Counted from the first letter of the stretch, positions 46,893 to 58,168 are shown. The stretch: 64,000 nt of DNA from Pseudomonadales bacterium (GCA_041739525.1 JBGSNQ010000165.1:14706-78705), one strand, 5' to 3'. Numbers and translations: made by a program. Notes: generated by a model from the sequence alone, not told the origin.

Positions 46893-47810
46893 TCACAGGC
46901 CTGCGCCCCAACGATATTGCCAGGCGACGCCGTACAGATCGAACTCATTGCCTGTACGCGCCGAAACGCCGTTACTCGCGTACAGCTTCACCGAATTGAG
47001 CCGATCGATCGGTATCGCGAGCGTCAGCCCTCCACGCCAGTTCTTCTGCTGGTCGTTCTTGTGCACGCCGTCGATGGTGGTGCGCCCGCCTTCGAAATAG
47101 GTCGCGTCGCCCGACGCCCACCAACCGTTGTGGAAGCTATAGATGAGATGACCCTGCATCGAGTAGATCGGGTCCTGTTCACGCCGTTTGCCGCCGTAGA
47201 AATTGTCGTTGTCCGTATAGACTGTCGCGCCCGCGGCAAGCTCCAGGGTCCAGCGCCCGCTGGCTTTGGACACCCCAACTTCAGGGCGGAATGCCCAGCG
47301 GTTGGTGCCGATGTTGACGAGGCGGTCGTCGTCGTACTGGCCAACTGGCAGGCTCGCCTGCAGGCTCACGCCGACGATCAGATCCTGTCTGTAGTTCGCG
47401 AAGTCCCGTAGCGTGAGTGCCGGCGCGCCGTACAAGTTCACCGACAGCCGCACTTTCGGATCGGCAAAACCGTCGACGTTGCGATCGATTGGGTCGCCGT
47501 CGAGTTTCGCGTCGCCCGACAACCGGGTGTAGGGCGCGATCAGATCGATCTTTGCCGACTGGCCACCGATCTCGAGCACGTGTGCCATCCCGAGTACCGC
47601 GCTGTCGGTGCGCAGGTTGATATCGGTGAGCGGCAGGGAGCCATCGGTGGACAGCCCGCCATCAGTACGCGCGTAGCCGGCGGCGAGGAAATTCACGCCG
47701 ATCGGCGCGTTAGAGTAGGCTCGCGGCTCGATGTCCTGCGCAATCGCGTCGGCGCCACCAACCAATAGCCCCAGGAGCACCCAGGCGGATACTGCTAACG
47801 GCTTCGTCAT
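46893..47810 (-). CDS. outer-membrane beta-barrel channel (MetA-pathway/phenol-degradation-like transporter family)
   Basis: Signal peptide ending ADAIAQD, alternating beta-strand pattern, C-terminal aromatic end ...WQYRWGAGL. Start trimmed to MTKPLAV. Confidence 0.6.
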   Translation of the reverse strand: MTKPLAVSAWVLLGLLVGGADAIAQDIEPRAYSNAPIGVNFLAAGYARTDGGLSTDGSLPLTDINLRTDSAVLGMAHVLEIGGQSAKIDLIAPYTRLSGDAKLDGDPIDRNVDGFADPKVRLSVNLYGAPALTLRDFANYRQDLIVGVSLQASLPVGQYDDDRLVNIGTNRWAFRPEVGVSKASGRWTLELAAGATVYTDNDNFYGGKRREQDPIYSMQGHLIYSFHNGWWASGDATYFEGGRTTIDGVHKNDQQKNWRGGLTLAIPIDRLNSVKLYASNGVSARTGNEFDLYGVAWQYRWGAGL

Positions 47811-48039
47811 GGTGTGGCAGCTGTCGGAGTGAGCAACGACGTCGGAGCACACGCCTGTGCAACGGGCCATCGAGAGATCTGAAGCGCATCCACAAATTTG
47901 AGCGAAGTGTCCTTCGGCAGATGTGGACATCCTCGTGAGGGCGAGCGATGCGGTCAACTCACTGAGATTCATCAGTTAGCGCTGCGGCCGGCGTGTCCGG
48001 AACGGCTACAATGCCGCGCCGGATCGCGCACCACACCCC

Positions 48040-50193
48040 ATGAACCTGTTCGCAACACATCCCTTGGGCTTTTCCGACCTGATCGAGCAGGAACTGCTCG
48101 GCTGCGGCGGAGCGGTGGCCACGCGCACGACCGCCGGCATCGGCTTCGCCGGCAATCTCGAGTGCGCATACCGGATGTGTCTGTGGAGCCGCATCGCCAA
48201 CCGCATTCTGCTGCAGATCGACACGTTCGATGCACCGGAGCCCGACGCGCTGTACTACGGTATCCAGCGCATCGACTGGCAAATGCACCTGCACCCCACT
48301 GGTTCCATCGCGGTCGATTTCGTTACGGCGCGATCACAGATCAACCACAGTTTGTACGGTGCGCAGCGCGTCAAAGACGCGATCGTGGACCAGCTGCGCG
48401 ACGCAACCGGCGCACGGCCGAACGTCGACCTCGAGGCGCCCGACGTTCGCATCAACGTATTCCTCGATCGCGATCGCGCCTCGGTGGCGATCGATCTGTC
48501 CGGCGAAAGCCTGCACCGGCGCGGCTATCGTCAGGCACAGGGTCCCGCACCGTTGAAAGAGAACCTGGCGGCCGGTCTGCTGTTGCGCGCGGGCTGGCCA
48601 CAGATCGCGCGTGACGGCGGCGCCCTGCTCGACCCGATGTGCGGATCCGGAACGTTTGCCATCGAAGCATTGATGATGGCCGCAGACATCGCCCCCAACC
48701 TGGGTCGTTCTGCATTCGGGTTCGAGCGATGGAAGCAGCACGATGCATCGGTGTGGGAGCCGCTGCTGGCCGAAGCGCGCGCGCGGCGCGAACGAGGCCT
48801 CACCTCCACGCCGATCATTCTCGCCAGCGATCACGACGCGCGTGCCGTCGCCGTAACGTTGCGCAACTGCGAAGCGGCCGGGCTCGCGCAGTACATATCG
48901 GTCGAACAACGCGAAATGCGCGACATCGTGCCACCGGCGCAACACGGTCTGCTGATTTGCAATCCGCCGTACGGCGAGCGGTTGTCCGACGTCGCGTCGC
49001 TGCCACCGCTGTTCACCGAACTCGGCGAGGTATTGCGTACCCGATTCGAAGGTTGGCGCGCCTCGATACTGGCCACCGATCAGGAACTCGGTTTTCGCAC
49101 CGGCCTGCGGCTCAAGAAGAAAAACGCGGCGCGTAACGGCGCGATCGACGTCTTTTTACTGACGTTCGACGTGGCTGCCGATCGCACGCTGACTGCGCAC
49201 GGCAAGAGACCGCCGAAGCGGCCACCGGCTCTCGATGCCGGCGTCGATGACTTCAGCAATCGCATCCGCAAGAACCAGAAGCGCCTCGCTCGCTGGACAC
49301 AGCGCGAGTCGGTGACGTGCTATCGCGTCTACGATGCCGACCTTCCGGACTACGCCTTCGCGGTAGACGTTTACCGCAGCGATGCCACGTGGCTGCACGT
49401 GCAGGAATACGCACCACCCTCAAGCGTTGACGCCGACAAGGCGCAACTGCGTCGCACCTCGGTGGAAGCGGTGCTGCCCGAACTGTTCGGCGTCGATGCG
49501 GCGCACATCGTAATGAAGACGCGCGAACGAAAACGCGGTAACGCCCAGTACCATCGGCAGGACTCGGCCGCGGAGTTCTACGAAGTGACCGAGGGCGGCT
49601 GTCGCCTGCTGGTGAACCTGCGCGACTATCTCGACACGGGTCTTTTCCTCGATCACCGCCCGCTACGGATGCGCATCCGGGCCGAAAGCCGCGGTAAACG
49701 CTTCCTCAATCTGTACGCGTACACCGGCGCCGCTACCGTGCACGCGCTCTGTGGTGGTGCATCGAGCAGCGTGTCTGTGGATCTGTCGAACACCTATCTC
49801 AACTGGGCGCTGCGAAATCTCGAACTCAACCAGCGCGATCTGCGTCATCACCGCCTGATCCGTGCCGACTGCAAGGATTGGCTTGCCGACGCTGCGACGC
49901 GTCCCGACAGATACGATCTGATCCTGCTCGACCCGCCGTCGTTCTCCAATTCGAAGGCGACCGAAGGAGTGCTCGACATCCAGCGCGATCACGCTGACCT
50001 GATTCGCGCCTGTGTCGATCTGTTGGCTGCGGACGGCACGCTGTACTTTTCCACCAATCTGCGCGGTTTCAAGCTGAATGAAGGCGCGCTCGCCGGCCTC
50101 GACTGCGTTAACATCACCCCGGATACGATCGACGAAGACTTTCGACGCAATCCACGTATCCACCACTGCTGGCGGATCCGCGCGTCGAAGTAG
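48040..50193 (+). CDS. rlmL: bifunctional 23S rRNA m2G2445/m7G2069 methyltransferase RlmKL
   Basis: N-terminus [19 protein letters not shown]...[14 protein letters not shown] parallels E. coli RlmL. Has the NPPYGERL motif and a second C-terminal SAM-MTase domain. 717 aa. Confidence 0.85.
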   Translation: MNLFATHPLGFSDLIEQELLGCGGAVATRTTAGIGFAGNLECAYRMCLWSRIANRILLQIDTFDAPEPDALYYGIQRIDWQMHLHPTGSIAVDFVTARSQINHSLYGAQRVKDAIVDQLRDATGARPNVDLEAPDVRINVFLDRDRASVAIDLSGESLHRRGYRQAQGPAPLKENLAAGLLLRAGWPQIARDGGALLDPMCGSGTFAIEALMMAADIAPNLGRSAFGFERWKQHDASVWEPLLAEARARRERGLTSTPIILASDHDARAVAVTLRNCEAAGLAQYISVEQREMRDIVPPAQHGLLICNPPYGERLSDVASLPPLFTELGEVLRTRFEGWRASILATDQELGFRTGLRLKKKNAARNGAIDVFLLTFDVAADRTLTAHGKRPPKRPPALDAGVDDFSNRIRKNQKRLARWTQRESVTCYRVYDADLPDYAFAVDVYRSDATWLHVQEYAPPSSVDADKAQLRRTSVEAVLPELFGVDAAHIVMKTRERKRGNAQYHRQDSAAEFYEVTEGGCRLLVNLRDYLDTGLFLDHRPLRMRIRAESRGKRFLNLYAYTGAATVHALCGGASSSVSVDLSNTYLNWALRNLELNQRDLRHHRLIRADCKDWLADAATRPDRYDLILLDPPSFSNSKATEGVLDIQRDHADLIRACVDLLAADGTLYFSTNLRGFKLNEGALAGLDCVNITPDTIDEDFRRNPRIHHCWRIRASK

Positions 50194-50227
50194 CCCAGGG
50201 AGCGGCAGTCAAGGAGAGACGAGCCTG

Positions 50228-51853
50228 ATGAAGATCGGCATACCCAAAGAGATCCACGTCGGCGAACGCCGCGTCGCCGCCACTCCGGAATCGGTAGAAC
50301 AACTCGCCAAACTCGGTCACCACGTGGCAGTCGAACGCGGCGCCGGCGCGTATGCCGCGTTCACGGACGACGCCTATCGCCAGGCCGGTGCAGAGATCGT
50401 GCCGAATGCCCGCGCGCTCTGGTCCGCGTCGGACATCGTGTTGAAAGTGCGCGCACCGGAGCCCGATGTGCGGCTCGGCGTTCACGAAACCGAATTGATG
50501 CGCGAAGGCACGCTGCTCATCTGTTTCGTGTGGCCGGCGCAAAACCCGGACCTGATGAATAGGCTCAAGGCACGCAAAGCCACGGTGCTGGCGATGGACT
50601 GCGTGCCGCGTATGTCGCGCGCGCAAAAACTCGACGCGCTCAGTTCGATGGCCAACATCGCCGGTTATCGCGCCATCGTGGAAGCGGCGCAGCACTTAGG
50701 CCGCTTCTTCATGGGGCAGTTCACGGCGGCCGGCAAAGTGGCGCCGGCCAAGGTGATGGTGATCGGCGCGGGCGTTGCAGGGCTCGCTGCAATCGGCGCA
50801 GCGCGCAGCCTCGGGGCCATCGTCAGGGCCTTCGACGTGCGCCCCGAAGTACGCGATCAGATCAAGAGTCTCGGCGCCGAGGTACTCGACCTCGACTTGA
50901 AAGAGGAAGGTGCCGGAGCCGGCGGTTACGCCAAGCAGATGAGTCCCGAGTTCATCAAAGCAGAGATGGACCTGTTCGCGCGCCAGGCGATGGAAGTGGA
51001 CATCATCATCACCACGGCTCAGATCCCGGGTAAGCCGGCACCGAAACTGATCACCGCCGGCATGATCGAATCCATGAGAGACGGCGGCGTCGTAGTCGAT
51101 CTGGCTGCCGAACAAGGGGGCAATTGCGACCTGACGGTGCCCGGCGAAGTGGTCGAGCATTCCGGCGTCACCATCATCGGCTACACCGACCTGCCGAGCC
51201 GTCTGCCTACGCAGTCGAGCCAGCTTTACGCGACCAACGTGCAGCACCTGCTGACCGAAATCACGCCGCAGAAAGACGGACGCATCGTCATCGACATGGA
51301 AGACGACGTGATTCGCGGCGCCACCGTGCTGCGCGACGGCGTCATCACCTGGCCGCCACCGCCACCCAAAGTGCCGGTTCCGGTGCCGCGACCTTCGCCG
51401 GTTGCTTCGGAAGGCAAGGCCAACGCCGCGTCGAAGCCGGCGACCGCAGCTGCTGCACACGCACCGAATCAATCGGGTTCCCGAACGGGTTCCCGAACCG
51501 GCCCGATCAAAGCAAGCAGCGCCATCGTGCTGCTATCACTGGCCGCCATCGCACTCGCGATGGTCGGCGGCGGCGCACCGCCGCAGTTCATGCAACACCT
51601 CACCGTATTCGTGCTCGCCTGCTTCCTCGGCTTCCACGTGATCTGGAACGTCACGCCGGCGCTGCACACGCCGCTGATGAGCGTCACGAATGCGATCAGC
51701 GGCATCATCATCATCGGCGCTTTGTTGCAGATCGGCAGTGCATCGTGGCTGGTCAAGGTGCTTGCCGGCGTTTCGGTGCTGATCGCCACGATCAACATCA
51801 GTGGCGGTTTCTGGGTGACTCACCGCATGCTCAAAATGTTCCGACGGGACTAA
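50228..51853 (+). CDS. pntA: NAD(P) transhydrogenase subunit alpha (fused dI plus TM part)
   Basis: [21 protein letters not shown]..., [11 protein letters not shown] Rossmann motif, C-terminal TM helices. Contains a Pro/Ala-rich linker. Confidence 0.9.
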   Translation: MKIGIPKEIHVGERRVAATPESVEQLAKLGHHVAVERGAGAYAAFTDDAYRQAGAEIVPNARALWSASDIVLKVRAPEPDVRLGVHETELMREGTLLICFVWPAQNPDLMNRLKARKATVLAMDCVPRMSRAQKLDALSSMANIAGYRAIVEAAQHLGRFFMGQFTAAGKVAPAKVMVIGAGVAGLAAIGAARSLGAIVRAFDVRPEVRDQIKSLGAEVLDLDLKEEGAGAGGYAKQMSPEFIKAEMDLFARQAMEVDIIITTAQIPGKPAPKLITAGMIESMRDGGVVVDLAAEQGGNCDLTVPGEVVEHSGVTIIGYTDLPSRLPTQSSQLYATNVQHLLTEITPQKDGRIVIDMEDDVIRGATVLRDGVITWPPPPPKVPVPVPRPSPVASEGKANAASKPATAAAAHAPNQSGSRTGSRTGPIKASSAIVLLSLAAIALAMVGGGAPPQFMQHLTVFVLACFLGFHVIWNVTPALHTPLMSVTNAISGIIIIGALLQIGSASWLVKVLAGVSVLIATINISGGFWVTHRMLKMFRRD

Positions 51854-51863
51854 CGAGAACATC

Positions 51864-53279
51864 ATGGCGATCGGCTACATCATCGTTTCGTATCTCGGCG
51901 CCGCGATACTGTTCATTCTGAGCCTCGGGGGGTTGAGCAAGCAGGAGACGTCGAGCCGCGGCAACATCTACGGCGTGCTCGGCATGGCCATCGCCATCGC
52001 AGCCACCGTCTACGGTGTGCACGTGGGTGGTCTCGTCGTGCTGATTCCGGCAATCCTGATCGGCGCCGCCATAGGCGGGTCGGTTGCGGCGCGCGTCGAG
52101 ATGACGCAGATGCCGCAGCTGGTCGCGATGCTGCACAGCTTCGTCGGTCTCGCCGCGGTGCTCGTCGGCATCTCGAGCTACCTCGACCCCGAAATGCAGT
52201 TCACCGGCATCGAAAGGACCATTCACCGCGTCGAAATCTTCATCGGCGTGTTCATCGGTTCGATCACGTTCACGGGTTCCATCGTCGCGTTCGCCAAGTT
52301 GCAGGGCACCCTCTCCGGCAAGCCATTGCTGCTGCCGCTGCGCCATGTGCTGAACGCGGTCGCATTGCTCGCTGCGATATGGCTCGGCTATGGCTTCGTC
52401 GGCGCGTCATCGGATACCGGCGCGCTCGTTCCATTGCTGGCGATGACGATCATCGCGATGGCGATGGGCTTACACCTCGTCGCAGCCGTTGGCGGCGCCG
52501 ACATGCCCGTTGTGGTCAGCATGCTGAACAGCTACTCCGGTTGGGCCGCGGCCGCCACGGGCTTCATGCTGTCGAACGATCTGCTGATCGTCACCGGCGC
52601 GCTGGTCGGTTCAAGCGGCGCGATTCTCTCGTACATCATGTGTCGCGCCATGAACCGCAGCTTCATCTCGGTGATCATGGGCGGCTTCGGAACCTCCAGC
52701 GAATCGGCGGTAGCAGCGCCTCAAGGCAACGTCGTCGCAACCACCGCCGCGGACGTTGCGAACTCGCTGCGCGCCGCGAAGGCAGTGATCATCGTGCCCG
52801 GTTACGGCATGGCGGTGTCGCGCGCTCAAGGCGAGGTCAGCGACATGACGCAGCGATTGCGCAGCGAAGGTATCGACGTGCGCTTCGGCATTCACCCGGT
52901 GGCCGGACGTCTGCCCGGACACATGAACGTGCTGCTTGCCGAAGCCAACGTGCCGTACGACATCGTGCTCGAAATGGACAAGATCAATCCCGACTTCGCG
53001 CGCACAGACGTTGTGCTCGTGATCGGCGCGAACGACATCGTGAACCCCGGCGCGCTCGAAGATCCGAACAGCCCCATCGCAGGTATGCCGGTGCTCGAGG
53101 TGTGGCACGCGAAGACGGTCGTGGTGTTCAAACGCAGCATGGCCACCGGTTACGCAGGCGTCGACAATCCCCTCTTCTACAAAGAAAACACCCGAATGCT
53201 GTTCGGGGATGCAAAAGCGATGCTCGAAGGCATCTTGTCGAATATCCCGGAAGCGGTTCCCGTCAGCGCAGTGAGATAG
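51864..53279 (+). CDS. pntB: NAD(P) transhydrogenase subunit beta
   Basis: Multi-TM N-terminal part plus the dIII domain (...[12 protein letters not shown]...[19 protein letters not shown]...). Confidence 0.95.
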   Translation: MAIGYIIVSYLGAAILFILSLGGLSKQETSSRGNIYGVLGMAIAIAATVYGVHVGGLVVLIPAILIGAAIGGSVAARVEMTQMPQLVAMLHSFVGLAAVLVGISSYLDPEMQFTGIERTIHRVEIFIGVFIGSITFTGSIVAFAKLQGTLSGKPLLLPLRHVLNAVALLAAIWLGYGFVGASSDTGALVPLLAMTIIAMAMGLHLVAAVGGADMPVVVSMLNSYSGWAAAATGFMLSNDLLIVTGALVGSSGAILSYIMCRAMNRSFISVIMGGFGTSSESAVAAPQGNVVATTAADVANSLRAAKAVIIVPGYGMAVSRAQGEVSDMTQRLRSEGIDVRFGIHPVAGRLPGHMNVLLAEANVPYDIVLEMDKINPDFARTDVVLVIGANDIVNPGALEDPNSPIAGMPVLEVWHAKTVVVFKRSMATGYAGVDNPLFYKENTRMLFGDAKAMLEGILSNIPEAVPVSAVR

Positions 53280-53313
53280 ACTCGAACTCCGCTTAGCCAG
53301 GAGGAGAGTTGTC

Positions 53314-54417
53314 ATGTTGCTGCGTTCACTGCGCGTTTCGAAACGCGAATTCGAAGCCGGTACCGGCTGGAACTTGAAACCCGAAGGTGCCTGCCAGGGC
53401 GACATCTGCATTCCGCTGTCCAAACCGGCCGGCGATCCGGTGGACGTGCGCCAGGTCGCCAACGACGTAGGCATGCCGCTGGTCGAATCGCCCGAGCACG
53501 GTCTGTGGGCACTCGGCCCGGCATCGATCGGCTCGCGCACGCTAGCCTCTGCGGAAGCCCCCGAACTCACCCTGCCCGATCTCGACGGCAAACTCTTCAA
53601 CCTGTCGAGCCTGCGCGGCCAGAAGGTATTGCTCTTCGCCTGGGCCCCTTACTGAGGCTGTTCAGGAGACCTGCCCGTGTGGCAGGCATTGCGGAACGAA
53701 CTCCACCCGAAAGGCTTCGAACTGGTGGCCGTCGGTCTCGACACACTCGGCGGCGCCGGCTGCCGCGCCTTCATCGAAGCTGCCAAACCACAACATCCAT
53801 CGTTGATCGATCAGCATCACGTGCTGGCCGACCTGTTCGGCGTGATCAACATTCCAAGCAGCGTCTGGATAGACGAACGCGGAATGATCGTTCGACCTGC
53901 GGAAGCGGCGCCCGCACCACCGCAACCCGGTGGCCCCACGGGGCCACGCGTGAACCTGCCTAGCGAACTGCCGCAACGCTTCGTCGAGATCATGGGCGAA
54001 GCGGCGAAGATCAAGAGCGATGCGCAGGCCTATCACGATGCATTGCGCGATTGGGTGAACAACGGATCGGCCAGCCGCTTCGCTCTTTCCCCGGAAGAAG
54101 TCGTCGAACGTTCGCGCCCGCGCGACAACGCGAAAGCGTTGGGACACGCGCATTTCGCGCTGGCGACACAACTCGAGATGGACGGCCATCACGACGTGGC
54201 AATCCCACACTTCCGCGAAGCGCATCGCCTCGTTCCAGAAAGCTGGACCTTCCGCCGCCAGGCATGGTCGTTGGAGAAGGTGATCGACGGTCCGCTGCAG
54301 CGCTTCTGGCAAGGTCCCGACCCGACCAAACCCGAGGCGTGGCCCTACGACGGCGACTGGCTTGCCGACATACGACGCGAGGGCGCCGAGAACTACAACG
54401 AACCCTGGAGGCCCTAG
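53314..54417 (+). CDS. TlpA/ResA-like thioredoxin-fold protein with an in-frame TGA (53653-53655) at the redox motif: candidate selenoprotein (alternatively a nonsense pseudogene)
   Basis: ORFs 53314-53655 and 53677-54417 share one frame. Read-through gives GQKVLLFAWAPY-[TGA]-GCSGDLPVWQALRNELHPKGFELVAVGLD...NIPSSVWIDERGMIV. AGGAGGAG RBS upstream. Confidence 0.55.
53670..53686 (+). other. hairpin 14 nt downstream of the in-frame TGA (candidate bacterial SECIS apical stem-loop)
   Basis: CCTGCC-cgtgt-GGCAGG, a perfect 6-bp stem with a G/U-containing pentaloop. Confidence 0.35.
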
Positions 54418-54448
54418 CGTCCCGGACACGACGTTCGCCGCGGTTAGC

Positions 54449-54940
54449 TCACGCGTCGACGTCGGCGTCCGGTACCCAGATCAGCATCAAGAACAGCAGG
54501 CCGGACATGATGACGTGCCACACCACGCCGGCGAGATAGGCGCGGAACTCGTGGTCGAATTCTATGCCGGCCACGTTCATGAACTGGACGGCGCCGAACA
54601 GATAACCGATCGCGATGAACGATCGAACGCGCACACCGACGGTCGACGACATGAACAACACGGCGCTGACGTGCCCGACGATCTCGACCCCTAGAAGTGC
54701 GCTCGAGAGGTTCCAGATCATCGTGCGATCGGTCGTGAACACACCGATGAGCAACGGCAGCAGGCAGAACAGCACGGCGACCATCGCATGCACGACCATG
54801 CCGTGAAAACGGTCCGCCTGCGCCCTGCGCCACCGGCCCGACTCGCCGCGCCCGAACAACACGACGATGGCCGAGAACCCCGCCAGCGCAACCGCCACCT
54901 GCGCGAGCGAAAACAGGACCTCCGTTTCATCGTGCGACAT
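54449..54940 (-). CDS. hypothetical integral membrane protein
   Basis: 163 aa, ~5 hydrophobic helices. Start trimmed to MSHDETE, 5 nt after the upstream stop. Confidence 0.55.
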   Translation of the reverse strand: MSHDETEVLFSLAQVAVALAGFSAIVVLFGRGESGRWRRAQADRFHGMVVHAMVAVLFCLLPLLIGVFTTDRTMIWNLSSALLGVEIVGHVSAVLFMSSTVGVRVRSFIAIGYLFGAVQFMNVAGIEFDHEFRAYLAGVVWHVIMSGLLFLMLIWVPDADVDA

Positions 54941-54945
54941 CGGCG

Positions 54946-55344
54946 TCAGTGTTCCTGCGCGCCGGTCGCGAACTCCATCAGCGTTTCGAGCGCCACGAAC
55001 TCGAGCGTCTTCGCGTGCGTCGCTTCCAGCACCACGCGCGGCGCGGCGCCCGCCTCGTGAGCCTCGACCCAGCGCGCGGCGCACAAGCACCAGCGATCGC
55101 CGGGAACAAGACCCGTAAAGCCGTATTCGGGACGCGGCGTCGACAGGTCGTTGCCGACGCGGCGTGAGAATTCGAGGAACTCGCGCGTCGTCTCGACACA
55201 GACGCTGTGCACGCCCGGATCGCTTTCGTCGGTTCGACAGCACCCGTCGCGGAAGAATCCCGTCAGCGGCTTCGTGCCGCACGTACGCAGCGGTCCGCCG
55301 AGTACGTTGATGCCGCGCGGCGCAAACGCTCTCTGCTCGCTCAT
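54946..55344 (-). CDS. DUF2237-family protein
   Basis: NVLGGPL..C......TGFFRDGCC.T...D.G.H.VC...T.EFL.FS...GNDLSTP...GL.PGDRWCLCA.RW pattern. Confidence 0.8.
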   Translation of the reverse strand: MSEQRAFAPRGINVLGGPLRTCGTKPLTGFFRDGCCRTDESDPGVHSVCVETTREFLEFSRRVGNDLSTPRPEYGFTGLVPGDRWCLCAARWVEAHEAGAAPRVVLEATHAKTLEFVALETLMEFATGAQEH

Positions 55345-55425
55345 GCTCTTTACTCGCTTGTTAGTGCCATCTCGGTGCCAGGCAATGCATTATTGCACCT
55401 TCATACGATTCCACGGAGATTCCAG

Positions 55426-55776
55426 ATGACCATCAAGCGCCTTCATGTCGGCCCACGCCTCTCGCAGGTCGCAATCCACGGCAATACGGTTTACTCGGCG
55501 GGCATCGTCGCGAGCGACCCTACGGCCGATGCGGCCGGGCAAACTCGTCAGATCCTCGATCTGATCGACGGATACCTCGCGGAAGCAGGTACCGACAAGA
55601 CGAAGCTGCTCAATGTCACGATCTGGCTCGCCGACATCAAGGACTTTGGTGCGATGAACGGCGTCTGGGACGCGTGGGTGCCCAAAGGCAACACGCCGCC
55701 GCGCGCCTGTGTGGAAGCCAAGCTCGCCGCGCCGCAGTACAAAGTGGAAATCCGCGTGCTCGCTGCAATCGGCTAG
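55426..55776 (+). CDS. RidA/YjgF-family protein
   Basis: 116 aa. ...NTVYSAGIVA...Q.LD.ID..L...G.....L...I.L.D...F..MN..W..W......PAR..VEA.L. Confidence 0.85.
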   Translation: MTIKRLHVGPRLSQVAIHGNTVYSAGIVASDPTADAAGQTRQILDLIDGYLAEAGTDKTKLLNVTIWLADIKDFGAMNGVWDAWVPKGNTPPRACVEAKLAAPQYKVEIRVLAAIG

Positions 55777-55798
55777 CGATCCGAGAAACCAGGAGGCG

Positions 55799-56641
55799 AT
55801 GATGAAGGCCGCAATCGGACTGATGGTGGAAGGCCAGTTCGGACTCAACTGGGACCGCTGGACGCGCGTGCTCGACATGGCCGAGCGTGCGGGATATCAG
55901 TGCGTATTCCGATCAGACCACTTCACGAATCCGGCGGAACCGGACCTCGACTCGCTCGAACTGTTCACGTCGCTCACGTATGCGGCAACACGAACCAAAC
56001 GAATCGAGTTCGGCTCGCTGGTAGCGCCGGTCACGTTTCGTCATCCGACGATGACGGTGCGGCAAGCCGCGGCCATCGACGATCTGTCGAACGGTCGTCT
56101 GGTACTCGGCCTCGGTGCGGGATGGCAGCGACGCGAACACGAGAACTACGGCATTCCGTTCGACGACTTCCCGACCCGTTTCAACAAGCTGACCGATGCG
56201 CTCGAAATCACGCGACGTCTTTTGCACGACGCAAAGCCGGTCACCCACACCGGCAAAATGATCAGCGTAAAAGACGCAGTGCTGCTGCCGCGGCCGAAGC
56301 GCAAAACGCCGATCCTGATCGGCGGCAACGGACCGAAGCGCAGCCTTCCGCTCGCTGCGAAATACGCGGACGAGTGGAACGGCGTGTTCGTCGATGCCGA
56401 CACTTATCGCGCGCTGAACAAGCGGCTCACCGAGTTGCTGGAGAAAAACGGGCGCGATCCGAAGTCGGTGAAACGTTCGCTGATGGGACCGTTCGCGTGG
56501 GCGCAAGGTGATGGCGGAATCGAGCGGCTCGAAGCGTACATCGACGCCGGCTGCGAGCGCTTCATGCTGCAGTTCACCGACTACGACAACCTCGAGCCGA
56601 TCGAAGCCTGGGCCGCCGACAACCTGAAACGGTTTCGCTGA
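55799..56641 (+). CDS. luciferase-like monooxygenase (LLM) class oxidoreductase
   Basis: ...FRSDHF...LVLGLGAGW...REHENYGIPF...ILIGGNGPKRSL.LAAKYADEWN. AGGAGG RBS upstream. Confidence 0.85.
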   Translation: MMKAAIGLMVEGQFGLNWDRWTRVLDMAERAGYQCVFRSDHFTNPAEPDLDSLELFTSLTYAATRTKRIEFGSLVAPVTFRHPTMTVRQAAAIDDLSNGRLVLGLGAGWQRREHENYGIPFDDFPTRFNKLTDALEITRRLLHDAKPVTHTGKMISVKDAVLLPRPKRKTPILIGGNGPKRSLPLAAKYADEWNGVFVDADTYRALNKRLTELLEKNGRDPKSVKRSLMGPFAWAQGDGGIERLEAYIDAGCERFMLQFTDYDNLEPIEAWAADNLKRFR

Positions 56642-56650
56642 GAAGCTGAC

Positions 56651-56671
56651 CGCGCGCCGAAGGGGCGCGCG
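56651..56671. terminator. GC-only hairpin between convergent genes
   Basis: CGCGCGCC-gaagg-GGCGCGCG, 8-bp stem, no T-tract. Confidence 0.4.
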
Positions 56672-56677
56672 ATTGCC

Positions 56678-58168
56678 TCAGGCTCGACGCGCGGCGAACG
56701 GAACATTCCCCGCCGCCGCTTCCGCCGCACGGCGCGCGTTCAGCGCCGCAACGATTTCAGCGTGGCGCGTTCGATCGAGCCGGTATCCCGAATACAGAAT
56801 CACCGCGATGAACACGAAAATCGACGGCACAGGCGCCTGATAAAGGCCGAGTTCCCACAACACGTCTTCGGGAACCGTCCCCGCCTTGGCGCCGCGCGGG
56901 AAGTTGATCCAGTCGATGATCCAACCACCCACGACCACACCAACAGACGAGATCGCCTTTATCAGAAACGACCGTGCAGCAAAGATGATGCCCTCGCGTC
57001 GATGGCCTGTGTCGAGTTCGTGCTCATCGACAATGTCGGCGAACATCGCATTCAGCGAACCGAAGATCGGCGGTGCAAGCATCGCGCCGATGAAACTCAT
57101 GATGATCACCAGCGGCAGAATGAGCGGCGAACCGTTCTGCGGAAACCACGGCACATCCAACAGTCGCAGACCGACGAGCACCACCGAGTTGGTGATCGCG
57201 AGCATCGAGCCGTACATCAGCGTCCGTTTCTTGTCGAGCCAGCGCGTGACCGCGGGCGTCAATGCGAATCCGATGAACAACCCGAACAGGCTGAACGCCG
57301 GAATGCTCGAGATCTGCTCGGTGGTCAATCCCCAGAAATGCACGCTCATGTACGGTGTGAGCACGCCCTCGGCCGACAGCATGATCGTCGCCAGGCTCAG
57401 ACCGAAGAACAACGCGCGGAACGACCTGTTGCGGAACGCTTCGGCCGTTTCGTGGAATACACCGAGCAGGGAGAAGGCTGCAGTGGATCGTCCCGACGTC
57501 GGAAGGTGCGGAATCTCCCGCCACGTACCAAGCACACACACCGCGATAGCCACCACGATGCACACGCCGAACACCGAAGAGAACTCGACATAACCGTGCG
57601 GGTTCAGCAGGCCGGGACTGTACTGCTCGGTAGTCGGGAAGAAGGCGTAGTACGCAAACGCAACGCCGATGGCCTGGCCGACGATGCCGAAGAACGTGTT
57701 GTACGAGTACATCGTCGAGCGCTGGTTGTAGTCGTGCGCCATTTCGGCACCGAGCGCGAGGTGCGGGACGTGGAAGAAGGTCAACGCGATCCGCGTAGCC
57801 AACGTCCACACAACCAACCAGGCCGCGAGTCCGATTTCGCCGAATCCGCCGGGCGGATTGAAGATCAGAAAGAAACACCCGCCCAGCGGAACTGCCGACA
57901 ACAGGATGAACGGATGACGCCTGCCCCAGCGGGAACGCAACCGATCGGATAGCGATCCCGCAACCGGATCGACCACCGCATCGACAATGAGCGAAATCGC
58001 GAGCGCGATGCCGGTGATGGTGCCCGATACCCCAAGCACCTGGTTGTAGTAGTAGAGAAGGAAGGTGGTGAACCCGATGGTGACGAGCGCCTCGCCCAAC
58101 TGCCCGAACCCGAACGCGGCCATCACTGGTATCGATAACCGACGCGGCTCGCTAGACGACGACGCCAT
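56678..58168 (-). CDS. MFS transporter, glycoside-pentoside-hexuronide (GPH/MelB-like) type
   Basis: ...FGFGQLGEALV...LLYYYNQVLG...DPVAGSLSDRLRSRWGRRHPF..., typical GPH N-terminus. Start trimmed to MASSSSE. Confidence 0.85.
   Translation of the reverse strand: MASSSSEPRRLSIPVMAAFGFGQLGEALVTIGFTTFLLYYYNQVLGVSGTITGIALAISLIVDAVVDPVAGSLSDRLRSRWGRRHPFILLSAVPLGGCFFLIFNPPGGFGEIGLAAWLVVWTLATRIALTFFHVPHLALGAEMAHDYNQRSTMYSYNTFFGIVGQAIGVAFAYYAFFPTTEQYSPGLLNPHGYVEFSSVFGVCIVVAIAVCVLGTWREIPHLPTSGRSTAAFSLLGVFHETAEAFRNRSFRALFFGLSLATIMLSAEGVLTPYMSVHFWGLTTEQISSIPAFSLFGLFIGFALTPAVTRWLDKKRTLMYGSMLAITNSVVLVGLRLLDVPWFPQNGSPLILPLVIIMSFIGAMLAPPIFGSLNAMFADIVDEHELDTGHRREGIIFAARSFLIKAISSVGVVVGGWIIDWINFPRGAKAGTVPEDVLWELGLYQAPVPSIFVFIAVILYSGYRLDRTRHAEIVAALNARRAAEAAAGNVPFAARRA

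Noticed and set aside
53314-54417. Treating 53314-53655 and 53677-54417 as two independent genes
   Set aside because: They share a frame, and the break is a single TGA at the catalytic Cys position of one thioredoxin-fold domain. Neither half would be a complete fold. A nonsense pseudogene remains the main alternative to Sec decoding and is stated in the finding.
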